Below, in pieces: positions 50,095 to 60,514 of a stretch of 63,279 nt of DNA (positions are counted from its first letter, which is position 1; every line of letters starts with the position of its first letter). A program made the position numbers and the translations under genes. Source of the stretch: Parabacteroides sp. (GTDB lineage: Bacteria > Bacteroidota > Bacteroidia > Bacteroidales > Tannerellaceae); NCBI GenBank assembly GCA_020860905.1, contig JAJBTJ010000071.1, positions 1 through 63,279 on the forward strand, in the 5' to 3' direction. Below the pieces are notes generated by a model, which was given only the letters and a program-made list of their open reading frames with translations, was not told the DNA's origin and did no database searches.

Positions 50095-52227
50095 TTATTT
50101 TTGGTTATCACGCGGCGGACGGGGCAGCAATGCTTTGCGCGAGAGCTTGAATTTCCCGGTCTTCTGGTCGATATCCACTAACTTCACCTGGATGGTATCG
50201 CCTTCTTTCAAGCCGGCATCCTCTACCTTTTCCAACCGTTTCCAGTCGATTTCGGAAATATGGAGCAAACCGTCCTTGCCCGGCAGGAACTCTACGAAAG
50301 CGCCGTAAGGCATAATCGACGAAATGCGTCCTTCATATACTTCGCCCACTTCGGGCATCGCTACGATAGCCCGTATCTTGTTGAGCGCAGCCTGGATGGA
50401 AGCCTTGTCGGAAGCTGCTATTTCGATATAGCCGAATCCGTCGATTTCCTCGATGGCAATCGTAGCGCCCGTGGTTTCCTGTATACCCTGTATAATCTTT
50501 CCGCCCGGGCCGATTACGGCGCCGATAAATTCTTTGCCGATTTTCATGGTTTCGATGCGCGGAGCATGGTCTTTCAGGTCGGCGCGCGGAGCCGGCAACG
50601 TTTCCGTAATCTTGCCTAAAATATGCAAACGGCCTTCTTTAGCCTGGGCTAACGCATTCTCGAGGATTTCGTACGACAATCCGTCTACCTTGATATCCAT
50701 CTGCGTAGCCGTAATGCCGTCTTTCGTACCGGTAACCTTAAAGTCCATATCGCCCAAGTGGTCTTCATCGCCGAGAATGTCCGACAAGATGGCATAATTC
50801 TGCCCCTTGTTTTCGGAAATCAATCCCATCGCAATACCCGAAACCGGTTTCTTCATCTGTACGCCCGCATCCATTAATGCCAGCGTACCGGCGCATACCG
50901 TAGCCATCGACGACGAGCCGTTCGATTCGAGAATATCCGACATCACACGGATTACATACGGATAGTTCTCCGGAATCATCCGCTTCAATGCGCGGTGAGC
51001 CAGGTTTCCGTGACCGATTTCGCGCCGTCCTACGCCGCGAACCGCTTTCGCTTCGCCGGTCGAGAAAGGAGGGAAGTTATAATGCAACAGGAAACGTTCT
51101 TTATCATGTACCAGCACGTCGTCGATAATTTTCTCGTCCGACTTCGTTCCCAGCGTTACCGTCGATAACGATTGGGTTTCGCCACGGGTGAAAACGGCTG
51201 AACCGTGAGGCCCCGGCAAATAATCCACCTCGCACCAGATAGGACGTATTTCGGTGGTTTTGCGACCGTCGAGCCGTTTGCCTTCATCGAGGATAGCGCG
51301 GCGCATGGCTTCTTTTTCCACATCGTGGTAATAGCGGTTAATCATTTCTTCTTTTTCCGCCAACTCTTCTTCGGTATAAGCCGATTTATACTCCGTCAGG
51401 ATGGCTTCGAACGCATCCGAGCGTTCGTGCTTGCCGGTACCCGAGGTAGCTACGGCATAAGCTTTATCGTAACATTTGTCGTGGACGTCTTTGCGGAGTT
51501 CGTCGTCGTTGGTTTCGTGGCAGTATTCGCGTTTTACCGTTTTGCCGGCCAGTTCGCTCAATTCGAGCTGCACCTTGCAATGTTCCTTAATCGCTTCGTG
51601 GGCCACCTTGATGGCTTCGAGCATTTCCGATTCCTGCACTTCGTTCATTTCGCCTTCTACCATCATGATGTTGTCGAGGGTAGCGGCTACCATAATGTCG
51701 ATATCGGCTTTTTCAAGCTGGGCAAAGGTGGGGTTGATAATGAACTTGCCGTCTACACGGCCTACACGCACTTCGGAGATGGGCCCGTTAAACGGTATAT
51801 CCGAAACCGCCAGGGCTGCCGAAGCAGCCAGGCCGGCCAGGGCATCCGGCATATCTTCGCCGTCGGCCGAAAACAAAATAATATTAACGTATACTTCGGC
51901 ATGGTAGTTATCGGGAAAGAGCGGACGCAAAGCGCGGTCGACCAATCGGGAGGTAAGAACTTCGTAATCGGAAGCCTTTCCTTCTCTTCTCGTAAACCCG
52001 CCGGGGAAACGGCCGAAAGCCGAAAATTTTTCTTTGTATTCAACTTGTAACGGCATAAAGTCTACGCCCGGATTGGCCTCTTTAGCGGCGCATACAGTTG
52101 CCAACAACACGGTGTTACCCATCCGAACGGTAACGGCACCGTCAGCCTGTTTGGCCAATTTACCTGTCTCGATGGTGATGGTCCTTCCATCTCCTAACTC
52201 GATTGTTTTGTTAATCGGATTAATCAT
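50095..52227 (-). CDS. pnp: Polyribonucleotide nucleotidyltransferase (PNPase)
   Basis: [45 protein letters not shown] and S1 domains. Confidence 0.98.
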   Translation of the reverse strand: MINPINKTIELGDGRTITIETGKLAKQADGAVTVRMGNTVLLATVCAAKEANPGVDFMPLQVEYKEKFSAFGRFPGGFTRREGKASDYEVLTSRLVDRALRPLFPDNYHAEVYVNIILFSADGEDMPDALAGLAASAALAVSDIPFNGPISEVRVGRVDGKFIINPTFAQLEKADIDIMVAATLDNIMMVEGEMNEVQESEMLEAIKVAHEAIKEHCKVQLELSELAGKTVKREYCHETNDDELRKDVHDKCYDKAYAVATSGTGKHERSDAFEAILTEYKSAYTEEELAEKEEMINRYYHDVEKEAMRRAILDEGKRLDGRKTTEIRPIWCEVDYLPGPHGSAVFTRGETQSLSTVTLGTKSDEKIIDDVLVHDKERFLLHYNFPPFSTGEAKAVRGVGRREIGHGNLAHRALKRMIPENYPYVIRVMSDILESNGSSSMATVCAGTLALMDAGVQMKKPVSGIAMGLISENKGQNYAILSDILGDEDHLGDMDFKVTGTKDGITATQMDIKVDGLSYEILENALAQAKEGRLHILGKITETLPAPRADLKDHAPRIETMKIGKEFIGAVIGPGGKIIQGIQETTGATIAIEEIDGFGYIEIAASDKASIQAALNKIRAIVAMPEVGEVYEGRISSIMPYGAFVEFLPGKDGLLHISEIDWKRLEKVEDAGLKEGDTIQVKLVDIDQKTGKFKLSRKALLPRPPRDNQK

Positions 52228-52434
52228 GAATCTTTTTTCTATTTTTTCTCAAACTCTAAAATTGGCACAAATGTAGTGAAAGTTTGGCGTAAACAGATGA
52301 AAGAGAAAAGAAAAAGCCGCCCGATCCGCTTTTTTTACGAAAAAGGCGAGAAGAAATCTTTTTACATGAGAAAAGATTTGCAAATTCATGTATATTTGCA
52401 GTTGAAATAATAAAAAATCAAGCTACTAAACACA

Positions 52435-53589
52435 ATGAAACGAATAACCACTCCGCTGCTGGGAGCGATAGGGGCACTTCTTTTGCTTTTCAGCGCATGC
52501 AACGATAATAGCTATACGGTTAAAGGAATCGTATCGGGCGCCGACGAACAAACCATGTACTTTGAAAACGTAGGCGTTTCGTCGGTAACCGTGCTCGATT
52601 CCGTTAAACTGTCTACTTCCGGCAAATTCAAGTTCTCGCATCCGCGCCCCGCCTATCCCGATTTTTTTCGCCTCCGGCTTAACAAGCAGCTTATCAACAT
52701 GGCCATCGATTCTACCGAAACGGTAACAGTAGGAGCGGATGCCGGTACGTTCGCCACCTCGTATACCATCGAAGGCTCCGACGAAAGCAAGGCATTGAAA
52801 GATATTACGCTGGCGCAGTTAGACGCCAACCAGGAAATCCGGAAGCTCCGGAAACAATACGAGAAAAAAGAAATTCCCGACTCCGTTTACCGCGAAAAAG
52901 TGCTGGCTGCCAGCGATGCGTACAAGGAAGTGACGAAAAAATACATTTACTCGGCCCCCATGTCGGCAGCCGCTTATTTCGCCCTGTTCCAGCAAATAGA
53001 CGGTTTGCTGTTTTTTGACCTGTACGATGCCGCCGATTCGAAAGCATTCGCCGCGGTAGCCACCAGCTACGATTATTTTTATCCCGAAAGCCCGCGCAGC
53101 AAGCAACTCCATAACCTGGCCATGCAGTCGATTAAAGTGATTCGCAGCCAGCGGGCGCCGAAAGACCTGGGCATCGATACGAAAGAAGTAACATTCTTCG
53201 ACATTTCGTTGCCCGACATCCATGGCGAAAAAGTGGCCTTGTCGTCGCTGACGCCCGGCAAGCCGGTTATCGTAAACTTCACGGCTTACCAAACCGAATG
53301 GTCGCCGCCACTGAACATGACACTGGGCGAAATCTACGGCAAATACCACCCCGAAGGACTGGAAATTTACCAGGTGTCGCTCGATTCCGATTTGCATTTC
53401 TGGAAAAACGCCGCTTCGAACCTGCCCTGGGTTTGCGTAAACAACCCCCAATCGGTTTACTCGGAAATAGCCGGCATGTACAACGTACGCCAGCTTCCCG
53501 CCCTCTTTATCCTCGACCGGAAAGGCAACCTGGTAAAACGGGTAGACGAGTTGAAAGACTTGGAAAAGGATGTGAAAAGCGTTTTATAA
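52435..53589 (+). CDS. DUF4369/thioredoxin-like (TlpA/AhpC-TSA) lipoprotein lacking CxxC
   Basis: Lipobox FSAC; DISLPDIHG..V.LS, GLEIYQVSLD, YNV..LP..F.LDR.G. Confidence 0.8.
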   Translation: MKRITTPLLGAIGALLLLFSACNDNSYTVKGIVSGADEQTMYFENVGVSSVTVLDSVKLSTSGKFKFSHPRPAYPDFFRLRLNKQLINMAIDSTETVTVGADAGTFATSYTIEGSDESKALKDITLAQLDANQEIRKLRKQYEKKEIPDSVYREKVLAASDAYKEVTKKYIYSAPMSAAAYFALFQQIDGLLFFDLYDAADSKAFAAVATSYDYFYPESPRSKQLHNLAMQSIKVIRSQRAPKDLGIDTKEVTFFDISLPDIHGEKVALSSLTPGKPVIVNFTAYQTEWSPPLNMTLGEIYGKYHPEGLEIYQVSLDSDLHFWKNAASNLPWVCVNNPQSVYSEIAGMYNVRQLPALFILDRKGNLVKRVDELKDLEKDVKSVL

Positions 53590-53705
53590 CTTCTTCGCGC
53601 CGGCGTAAAAACGGGCTTTCGGCAATTTATGTTGTAAAGCACGCAATCCCGGCTTGTTTATTCCGAAAAGAGGGTTTATCTTTGCCAACGTATTAAGAGA
53701 CAGAT

Positions 53706-53743
53706 AAAAAGAGTTCCGGCCAACTGGTCGGGATTCTTTTTTT
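53706..53743 (+). terminator. Terminator in the greA 5' leader (attenuator)
   Basis: Stem GAGTTCCGGCC/GGTCGGGATTC plus T7, lying between the -7 element (53677-53684) and the greA ATG. Confidence 0.65.
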
Positions 53744-53801
53744 GTTCTGCTCGCAAGAAATCGTTTAATTTATAAAACAAAAAAACAGAGGAGGATTTAG
53801 T

Positions 53802-54272
53802 ATGGCTGTTAATTATATGACAGAAGACGGTTACAACAAAATTCTGGATGAAATAAACATGCTGGAAACCGTAAAACGCCCCGAAGTAATCCGTCAGATC
53901 GCCGAAGCGAGAGACAAAGGGGACTTGTCGGAAAATGCAGAATACGATGCCGCCAAAGAGGCTCAGGGTATCCTGGAGGCTAAAATCGCCCAATTGAAAG
54001 GGTTGATTGCAAACGCCCGGCTGCTCGACGAATCACGCGTATCTACCGATGCGGTTCAGATTTTGAACAAAGTAAAAATCCGGAACCTGAAAAACAATAT
54101 GGAAATGACTTACACGCTCGTATCGGATACGGAAGCGAACCTGAAGGAAAACAAACTCGCCATCAGTACGCCTATTGCAAAAGGATTGCTGGGCAAGAAG
54201 GTAGGCGATTGCGTGGAAATCAAGGTGCCTTCGGGCGTGGTAAATTTCGAAATTATTTCCATATCCCTTTAA
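53802..54272 (+). CDS. greA: Transcription elongation factor GreA
   Basis: AEARDKGDLSENAEYDAAKE, ISTPIAKGLLGKK.GD. Confidence 0.97.
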   Translation: MAVNYMTEDGYNKILDEINMLETVKRPEVIRQIAEARDKGDLSENAEYDAAKEAQGILEAKIAQLKGLIANARLLDESRVSTDAVQILNKVKIRNLKNNMEMTYTLVSDTEANLKENKLAISTPIAKGLLGKKVGDCVEIKVPSGVVNFEIISISL

Positions 54273-54283
54273 TCCGTACCGAG

Positions 54284-54676
54284 ATGGCTTCGATATTCAG
54301 TAGAATTGCGGCAGGCGAAATTCCCTGCCACAAAATAGCGGAAGACGAACGGTTCTTCGCTTTCCTCGACATCAACCCGCTGATAGAAGGGCATACGCTG
54401 GTTATTCCCAAGCAGGAAACGGATTACTTCTTCGACATCGACGACGACCAATTGGCCGGTTTGATGGTGTTTGCCAAGAAAGTTGCCCAGGGAATCAAAA
54501 AGGCGATTCCTTGCCGGAAAGTGGGCGTGGCGGTGTACGGGCTCGAAGTGCCGCACGCGCATATTCACCTGGTGCCTATCGAACAGGAATCGGATATGTT
54601 TTTCGGAAACGAAAAGTTGCGGGTAACTCCGGAAGAGCTGGCCGCTACTGCGGAGAAAATCAGAAAAGAACTATAA
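54284..54676 (+). CDS. HIT family hydrolase
   Basis: SIFSRI..GEIP, AFLDINP...GHTLVIPK, VPHAHIHLVP. Confidence 0.93.
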   Translation: MASIFSRIAAGEIPCHKIAEDERFFAFLDINPLIEGHTLVIPKQETDYFFDIDDDQLAGLMVFAKKVAQGIKKAIPCRKVGVAVYGLEVPHAHIHLVPIEQESDMFFGNEKLRVTPEELAATAEKIRKEL

Positions 54677-54719
54677 TAGAATATAAGCTTTGTAAAAAGT
54701 TTGTACTATCTTTGCGAAA

Positions 54720-54864
54720 AGCGGAAAACGGACATTACGAAAATACAGGTGGTTTCGTATCCGAATGCAACGCTTTATTAAACAAGATTCATTAGTGGTT
54801 TTTACTCATAAATTTGTTAACCTTAGAAGAAAAGCCGCTCTGAGACAGAGCGGCCTTCTTTTTT
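54720..54864 (+). ncRNA. Candidate intergenic sRNA (~140 nt)
   Basis: TATCTTTG at 54707-54714, no credible downstream ORF, strong terminator GCCGCTCTG-AGA-CAGAGCGGC-CTTCTTTTTT at 54834-54864. Confidence 0.5.
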
Positions 54865-54901
54865 AAACACACAACATTATAAACATAATTCGATTTTTTA
54901 C

Positions 54902-56017
54902 TTACCACCAGCCATGCGAGCAATTAAACGGGAATCCGGAATGAAAGGGCATATTCCAAAAACCGTTATAGTGCACCTGCCATACGATACACAGCACAAT
55001 CCCGATAATCCACAACACCAGAAATACCCATTTCACCGTCTGGTTCACCGGTTTCCACCGGAACAAGTGGGCGAAGATGGAATATAAAACAGCGCCTACG
55101 GGAATGCCTACGGCCAGGATAACGGCGATACTGCCCAGCCAAAGCACTGAATCGGGAAGAACCGTCATTCCGTTCCAGTTGGTAAAAGGCAACAGGCTCA
55201 CCAGGTACCCGCTACCGCCCACGAGCAGGGCGAACACTACGATAATCAGGATAAACAGCACGAACAACAAAACCGGCGTTAAGATAACCGCCGCCAGGAT
55301 ACCGAGCAGCTTCAGAATCGTACCGGCTATCTGAACGATTACATCGCCCGTTTTTTGCAACGTATTGCGGGGTTCACCCGACTTTACATAGGCATCGACT
55401 TTCGAAGAAACTTTTTCGAATCCGCCCGTTACCGTTTTCCCGATGTTTTCCAGCGTAATGCTTTCGCCGCGCATCTCCAGTTTTTCGGATGCGGTACGGG
55501 CCAACGGAACGATAATCCACAGCACCAAATAAATAGGAATCAATACCGGTCCGATAAGAAACAGCAGGGCAATCAGTATAATACGCACCAGGGTAGGGTC
55601 CCAGTTAAAGTAAGCGGCGATTCCGCTGGCTACGCCTCCGAGTATTTTATCGTCGGGATTCCGGAACAATTTTCGTTTCGGGGCGCCCGTTACGAAAACG
55701 GTTTCCGACTCCCGCGCGGTTTTCTTTCCGTTTTCCGTTTGCGTAGTCGTTTCTTCTTCGAATATCTCTTCCGGGTTTCCCATACGCCCGATTACTTCCT
55801 CTACCTGTTCGATGGTAATTACCTGGTATCCCAGCCGCACTTTTTCGTTGAAAAGTTCGGAAATACGCGATTCGAAATCGTGCATAATCTCGTCCGACCC
55901 TTCTTCGCGCCTGAAATGAATCCGGAGGTTATCGAGGTATTTATCCAACAGGTGGTAAGCATCTTCGTCGATATGGAAGACGGTACCGTTGAGGTTTACC
56001 GTAAGTGTTCTTTTCAT
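54902..56017 (-). CDS. PspC domain membrane protein
   Basis: VNLNG.VFHIDEDAY, KLFRNPDDKILGGVASGIAAYF.WD...VR. Confidence 0.92.
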   Translation of the reverse strand: MKRTLTVNLNGTVFHIDEDAYHLLDKYLDNLRIHFRREEGSDEIMHDFESRISELFNEKVRLGYQVITIEQVEEVIGRMGNPEEIFEEETTTQTENGKKTARESETVFVTGAPKRKLFRNPDDKILGGVASGIAAYFNWDPTLVRIILIALLFLIGPVLIPIYLVLWIIVPLARTASEKLEMRGESITLENIGKTVTGGFEKVSSKVDAYVKSGEPRNTLQKTGDVIVQIAGTILKLLGILAAVILTPVLLFVLFILIIVVFALLVGGSGYLVSLLPFTNWNGMTVLPDSVLWLGSIAVILAVGIPVGAVLYSIFAHLFRWKPVNQTVKWVFLVLWIIGIVLCIVWQVHYNGFWNMPFHSGFPFNCSHGWW

Positions 56018-56028
56018 TTTCTTCCAGT

Positions 56029-56355
56029 TTAGTTATTCTTAATGTGATTAATCGCATCGTTCAGTTCTTGCCACGATACTTCCAGCTCCTGCAAAAACAA
56101 TTCTCCCTTTTCGGTTAATTTATAGTATTTGCGAGGAGGCCCCTGCGTAGATTCTATCCACTGATACCCTAACAGCTCGCTGTTCTTGAGACGGGTAAGC
56201 AGGGGATAGAGGGTCCCTTCAACCACAATCAGCTTCGCTTCCTGCAACTTTTCGATGATGTCGGAAGAATAAGCCGGTTCCTTTCGGAGAATCAGAAGTA
56301 TGCAATACTCCAGTATCCCCTTCCGCATTTGTGATTTTACATTTTCTGCATTCAT
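56029..56355 (-). CDS. PadR family transcriptional regulator
   Basis: QMRKGILEYCIL, VEGTLYPLLTRL, GPPRKYY.LT..G. Confidence 0.93.
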   Translation of the reverse strand: MNAENVKSQMRKGILEYCILLILRKEPAYSSDIIEKLQEAKLIVVEGTLYPLLTRLKNSELLGYQWIESTQGPPRKYYKLTEKGELFLQELEVSWQELNDAINHIKNN

Positions 56356-56565
56356 GTATTTCTGTTTTACCCTACAAAAATAGAATTATTATAAGTACCA
56401 TGCAATACATACTACTATGAATTAAGTTTATTTAACCGCATTATGCTGCAAAAAACGAATTTAGTAGTTTAGTATTCAAACTTTTATCTAAAAGCCCTAC
56501 GTTCCATAGGGACTATTAGTAAATAAAAGTGTAATTTTGCAGCAATCATCCCAAAAAGAAAGATT

Positions 56566-58368
56566 ATGGTGAATTACCACTTTGCCGAACTAATCCATCG
56601 CCAGGCCGAAAAATACGGCTCGCGTACCGCCTTGAAGTATCGCGACGATGCGAACGAGAAATGGCTCAAGATTTCCTGGCAGGCTTTTGCCGAAAAAGTG
56701 ATGCTTACCGCCAAGGCCATGGCCGAATTCGGAATAGACGTGCAGGAGAATATCGGGATTTACGCACAGAACATGCCCGAATACCTGTTTACCGATTTCG
56801 GAGCATACGCCAACCGGGCGGTTACGGTACCTATGTACGCTACCAGCTCGCCAGGACAAATCGAGTACATCATTAACGACGCTTCGATACGTACGCTTTT
56901 CGTGGGGCAGCAACAGCAATACAACAATGCATTTATCGTACAAAAAAACTCGAACGTACTGAAACGCATCGTTATTTTCGATTCGTCGGTAAAACTGAAT
57001 CCGGACGATAAGACTTCGATTTATTTCGAGGATTTCCTGCGGCTGGGCGACAATGCACACGCGGAAACCACGGTCAAAATCCGGATGAACGAGGCGAAAG
57101 ACGAAGACCTGGCAGTCATTATTTATACCTCGGGCACCACGGGCGAGCCGAAAGGGGTGGTATTGCCCCATTCCAACTTTTTGCAGGCGATGAAGATACA
57201 CGACCTGCGGCTGCCGCAAGTCACCGACAAGGAATTGTCGATGTGCTTCCTGCCGCTTACCCATATCTTTGAAAAAGCCTGGACGTACTACTGTTTGCAC
57301 AAAGGGGTGAAGGTAGCGATTAACCTGGACCCGAAGATGATTCAGAAAACGCTCCCGGAGATTCGGCCTACGTTGATGTGCAACGTGCCCCGTTTCTGGG
57401 AAAAGGTATACGCCGGCGTACAGGAGAAAATCAATTCTTCGCCGAAATTCCTGCGTACAATTTTCCAACGCGCCATCAAAGTAGGGAAAGCCTACAACCT
57501 CCATTATATAAATAAAGGAAAAAAACCGCCGTTCTGGCTCAAAATGCAATTCGGGTTTTATAACCGTACGGTATTCGATTTACTGAAAAAAGTGCTGGGT
57601 ATCGACCGCGGCAAGTTCTTTCCTTGTGCGGGAGCGCCTCTTTCCAACCATATTAACAAATTTCTCCATTCCGTAAACATCCCGTTAGTGTACGGATACG
57701 GACTGAGCGAAACCACGGCTACCGTATGCTTTTTTCCGAATAAAGGATTCATTTTCGGGTCGATCGGCGAAATCATGCCCGAAGTGGAAGTAAAAATCGG
57801 GGAGAACAGCGAAATATTGGTGAAGGGAAAAACGGTTACGCCGGGATATTACAACAAGCCGGAAGAAAACAAGAACGCTTTTGTCGACGGCTGGTTCCGC
57901 ACCGGCGATGCAGGTCGCCTCGAAGGAAACGTACTGTACTTTACCGAGCGGATCAAGGATTTATACAAAACCTCGAACGGCAAATACATCGCTCCGCAAG
58001 CCATCGAGACGTTGATGAGCGGCGACCGGTACATCGAGCAAATCGCCGTTATCGCCGATAAGCGGAAATTCGTAAGCGCCCTTATCGTACCGTCGTTCCC
58101 GGCGCTGGAGGCGTATGCCGCCGACAAACGAATCGCATACGAATCGAGAAACGAATTGGTGAAAAACAAAGAAATCCTGCGGCTGATAGAAAGCCGGATA
58201 GAAGAACAACAGAAAGAACTGGCCTCGTTCGAAAAAATCAAGCGGTTTACGTTACTGTCCGAGCCTTTTACGATGGAAGGGCACGAGCTAACGGATACGC
58301 TCAAATTACGGCGTTCGGTAATCGCACAGAAATATACCGGCGAGATTGAAGCAATGTACCGGGAATAA
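56566..58368 (+). CDS. Long-chain fatty acid-CoA ligase
   Basis: IIYTSGTTGEPKGV, YGYGLSET, GWFRTGDAG, KTSNGKYIAPQ. Confidence 0.93.
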   Translation: MVNYHFAELIHRQAEKYGSRTALKYRDDANEKWLKISWQAFAEKVMLTAKAMAEFGIDVQENIGIYAQNMPEYLFTDFGAYANRAVTVPMYATSSPGQIEYIINDASIRTLFVGQQQQYNNAFIVQKNSNVLKRIVIFDSSVKLNPDDKTSIYFEDFLRLGDNAHAETTVKIRMNEAKDEDLAVIIYTSGTTGEPKGVVLPHSNFLQAMKIHDLRLPQVTDKELSMCFLPLTHIFEKAWTYYCLHKGVKVAINLDPKMIQKTLPEIRPTLMCNVPRFWEKVYAGVQEKINSSPKFLRTIFQRAIKVGKAYNLHYINKGKKPPFWLKMQFGFYNRTVFDLLKKVLGIDRGKFFPCAGAPLSNHINKFLHSVNIPLVYGYGLSETTATVCFFPNKGFIFGSIGEIMPEVEVKIGENSEILVKGKTVTPGYYNKPEENKNAFVDGWFRTGDAGRLEGNVLYFTERIKDLYKTSNGKYIAPQAIETLMSGDRYIEQIAVIADKRKFVSALIVPSFPALEAYAADKRIAYESRNELVKNKEILRLIESRIEEQQKELASFEKIKRFTLLSEPFTMEGHELTDTLKLRRSVIAQKYTGEIEAMYRE

Positions 58369-58418
58369 CGACTATTTTCGTATCTTCGCATCCGAAATTT
58401 ACTATAAACTATATATTC

Positions 58419-59538
58419 ATGATAACGACAGACCAATTACACGACGTATTGGAGCGCGAGTCCGCGCTGAGGGGGTATCTTTGACGTCGATGCCAAGATT
58501 GTTCAATTAGAAGAGGAAGAGTTGCGCACGCAGGCTCCGGAGTTCTGGGAAGACGCCAAGCGGGCGGAAGAACAGATGAAAAAGGTAAAGGAGCTGAAGA
58601 AGTGGCTCGAATTATATAACGAGGTCAAAGCGGCTTCCGAAGAACTTCAATTAGCTTACGACTTTTTTAAGGAAGGGGTTATCAGCGAGGAAGAGGTGGA
58701 TACGGCGTATGCCAAAGCACTCGAGCTCACGGAAAACCTGGAATTGAAAAACATGCTCCGCCGGGAAGAAGACCGGATGGATGCCGTATTGAAAATCAAT
58801 GCGGGCGCAGGGGGTACGGAAAGCCAGGACTGGGCTTCGATGCTCTGTAGGATGTATCAGCGCTGGTGCGAGTCGAAAGGGTACAAGGTTACGATAACCA
58901 ACTGGCAAGACGGCGACGAAGCGGGTATCAAAACCGTAACCATGCAAGTAGAGGGCGATACGGCTTACGGCTACCTGAAAAGCGAAAACGGGGTGCACCG
59001 CCTGGTACGGGTATCGCCTTACAATGCGCAGGGAAAGCGGATGACTTCGTTTTCCTCGGTATTCGTTACCCCGCTGGTAGACGACTCCATCGAAATCAAT
59101 ATCAACCCGGCCGATTACACCTGGGATACATTCCGCTCGGGCGGTGCAGGGGGGCAGAACGTAAACAAGGTGGAAACCGGGGTGCGTTTGCGGTACAATT
59201 ACAAAGACCCGGATACGGGCGAAACACGCGAAATCCTGATCGAGAATACGGAAAGCCGCTCGCAGTTGGATAACCGCGAAAACGCCATGCAGCTGTTGCG
59301 CTCGCAATTGTACGAAATCGAGCTGGAAAAACGGCGTGCCGAACAGGCGAAGATAGAAGGCTCGAAAAAGAAAATCGAATGGGGTTCGCAAATACGCAGC
59401 TACGTATTCGACGACCGCCGCGTAAAAGACCACCGCACGGATTACCAGACCTCGAACGTACAGGCGGTAATGGACGGCGATTTAGACGGTTTTATCAAAG
59501 CATACCTGATGCAGTTCGGCGGCGAAGCGAAAGAATAA
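58419..59538 (+). CDS. prfB: Peptide chain release factor 2 with programmed +1 frameshift
   Basis: ATG 58419, MITTDQLHDVLERESALRGYL, then AGGGGG-TAT-CTT-TGA-C (58470-58485); SPY and GGQ motifs downstream. Confidence 0.97.
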
Positions 59539-59622
59539 CGCCAAGTTTTGCCGGCAAAATTTGCGTATTCCGGCAAAAAGCCGTAATATTGCACGCGATT
59601 TCAGGGGGATAAACCCTGAACA

Positions 59623-59696
59623 GGTCCCATAGCTCAGTTGGTTAGAGCACCTGACTCATAATCAGGGAGTCCTTGGTTCAAGCCCAAGTGGGACCA
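59623..59696 (+). tRNA. tRNA with CAT anticodon (likely tRNA-Ile2, alternatively elongator Met)
   Basis: GGTCCCA...TGGGACCA acceptor stem, AGCTCAGTTGGTTAGAGC D-arm, CCTGA-CTCATAA-TCAGG anticodon arm, GGTTCAAG T-loop. Confidence 0.93.
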
Positions 59697-59701
59697 CAAA
59701 T

Positions 59702-59748
59702 AAAAAAGAGGGGTTGCCTGACAAGCTGCAGGCAATCCCTCTTTTTTT
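59702..59748 (+). terminator. Terminator after tRNA
   Basis: AAAAAAGAGGG.TTGCCTG...CAGGCAATCCCTCTTTTTTT. Confidence 0.8.
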
Positions 59749-59981
59749 ATGTTTTCGTTCGTACCCTTTGTACGAGGTTGTTCCCCGATATTCAGTTTTC
59801 AGGGAGTTTATAACATTTGTTAGAGAACCCCTTTTAGAATTTACCACAATTTTAGCGGAAATTTTGCCCGATAAGATGGGATATTCTTTAATAAGGCAAT
59901 TAATTAATTGACAGCTTGTTGTGCTTTTTATATCTTTGAGCGTTCCCCTTGAAATACGGTTTGACGGCCAAAACGGAAGTA

Positions 59982-60378
59982 CGGAATTTCGGTAAATAGG
60001 CACTTTTCCCGGCTTACCCGGATAAACCCGGTTTCAGGCTGTCCTTTTTATCCGTTCATCGCCATGAAAACTGTATCCTTAGCTTACGGATGTCCGTCCG
60101 CAGGCTGCGGACGAACATCCGCAACTTAAGGACGGACATCCGCAGTACTGCGGATACAGTTTTTATCCACATAAAACCGCTTTTCGTTCAGCATAAAAAA
60201 GAATAAATCCGGTGAACGAATCGCTTTTAAAAAAGGGATACTGTTTTTATCTTGTATTTTTCGTTCGGATTCCCCCGTTCGGGCCGTCAAACCTCTTTTC
60301 CGGGGGAATGCTTAAAGATATGATATAGGCAATCGATCTATGGATAACCGATTGCCTATATCGTATGATTTCCGGAAT
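59982..60378 (-). mobile_element. ~400-bp non-autonomous repeat element, copy 2 (inverted relative to 19823-20220)
   Basis: Its reverse complement aligns end to end with copy 1; 60181-60240 is identical to 19961-20020. Confidence 0.75.
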
Positions 60379-60430
60379 ACCCCCGAAGTAATCCGAAATA
60401 AAAACGGATAGTAAGGAAACAACCATACAC

Positions 60431-60463
60431 TGCCTATTGGATTTGTTTGCCGCCGACGCCGGC
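60431..60463 (-). repeat. Truncated family-A repeat
   Basis: TGCCTATTGGATTTGTTTGCCGCCGACGCCGGC is the exact reverse complement of 49948-49980. Confidence 0.85.
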
Positions 60464-60514
60464 CGGCAACCCTATCAATCCGGGCGGAACGAACAGGGCG
60501 GCAGCACATCCGTT

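Noticed and set aside
58419-58521. prfB as a pseudogene
   Set aside because: The in-frame TGA is the canonical programmed frameshift site.
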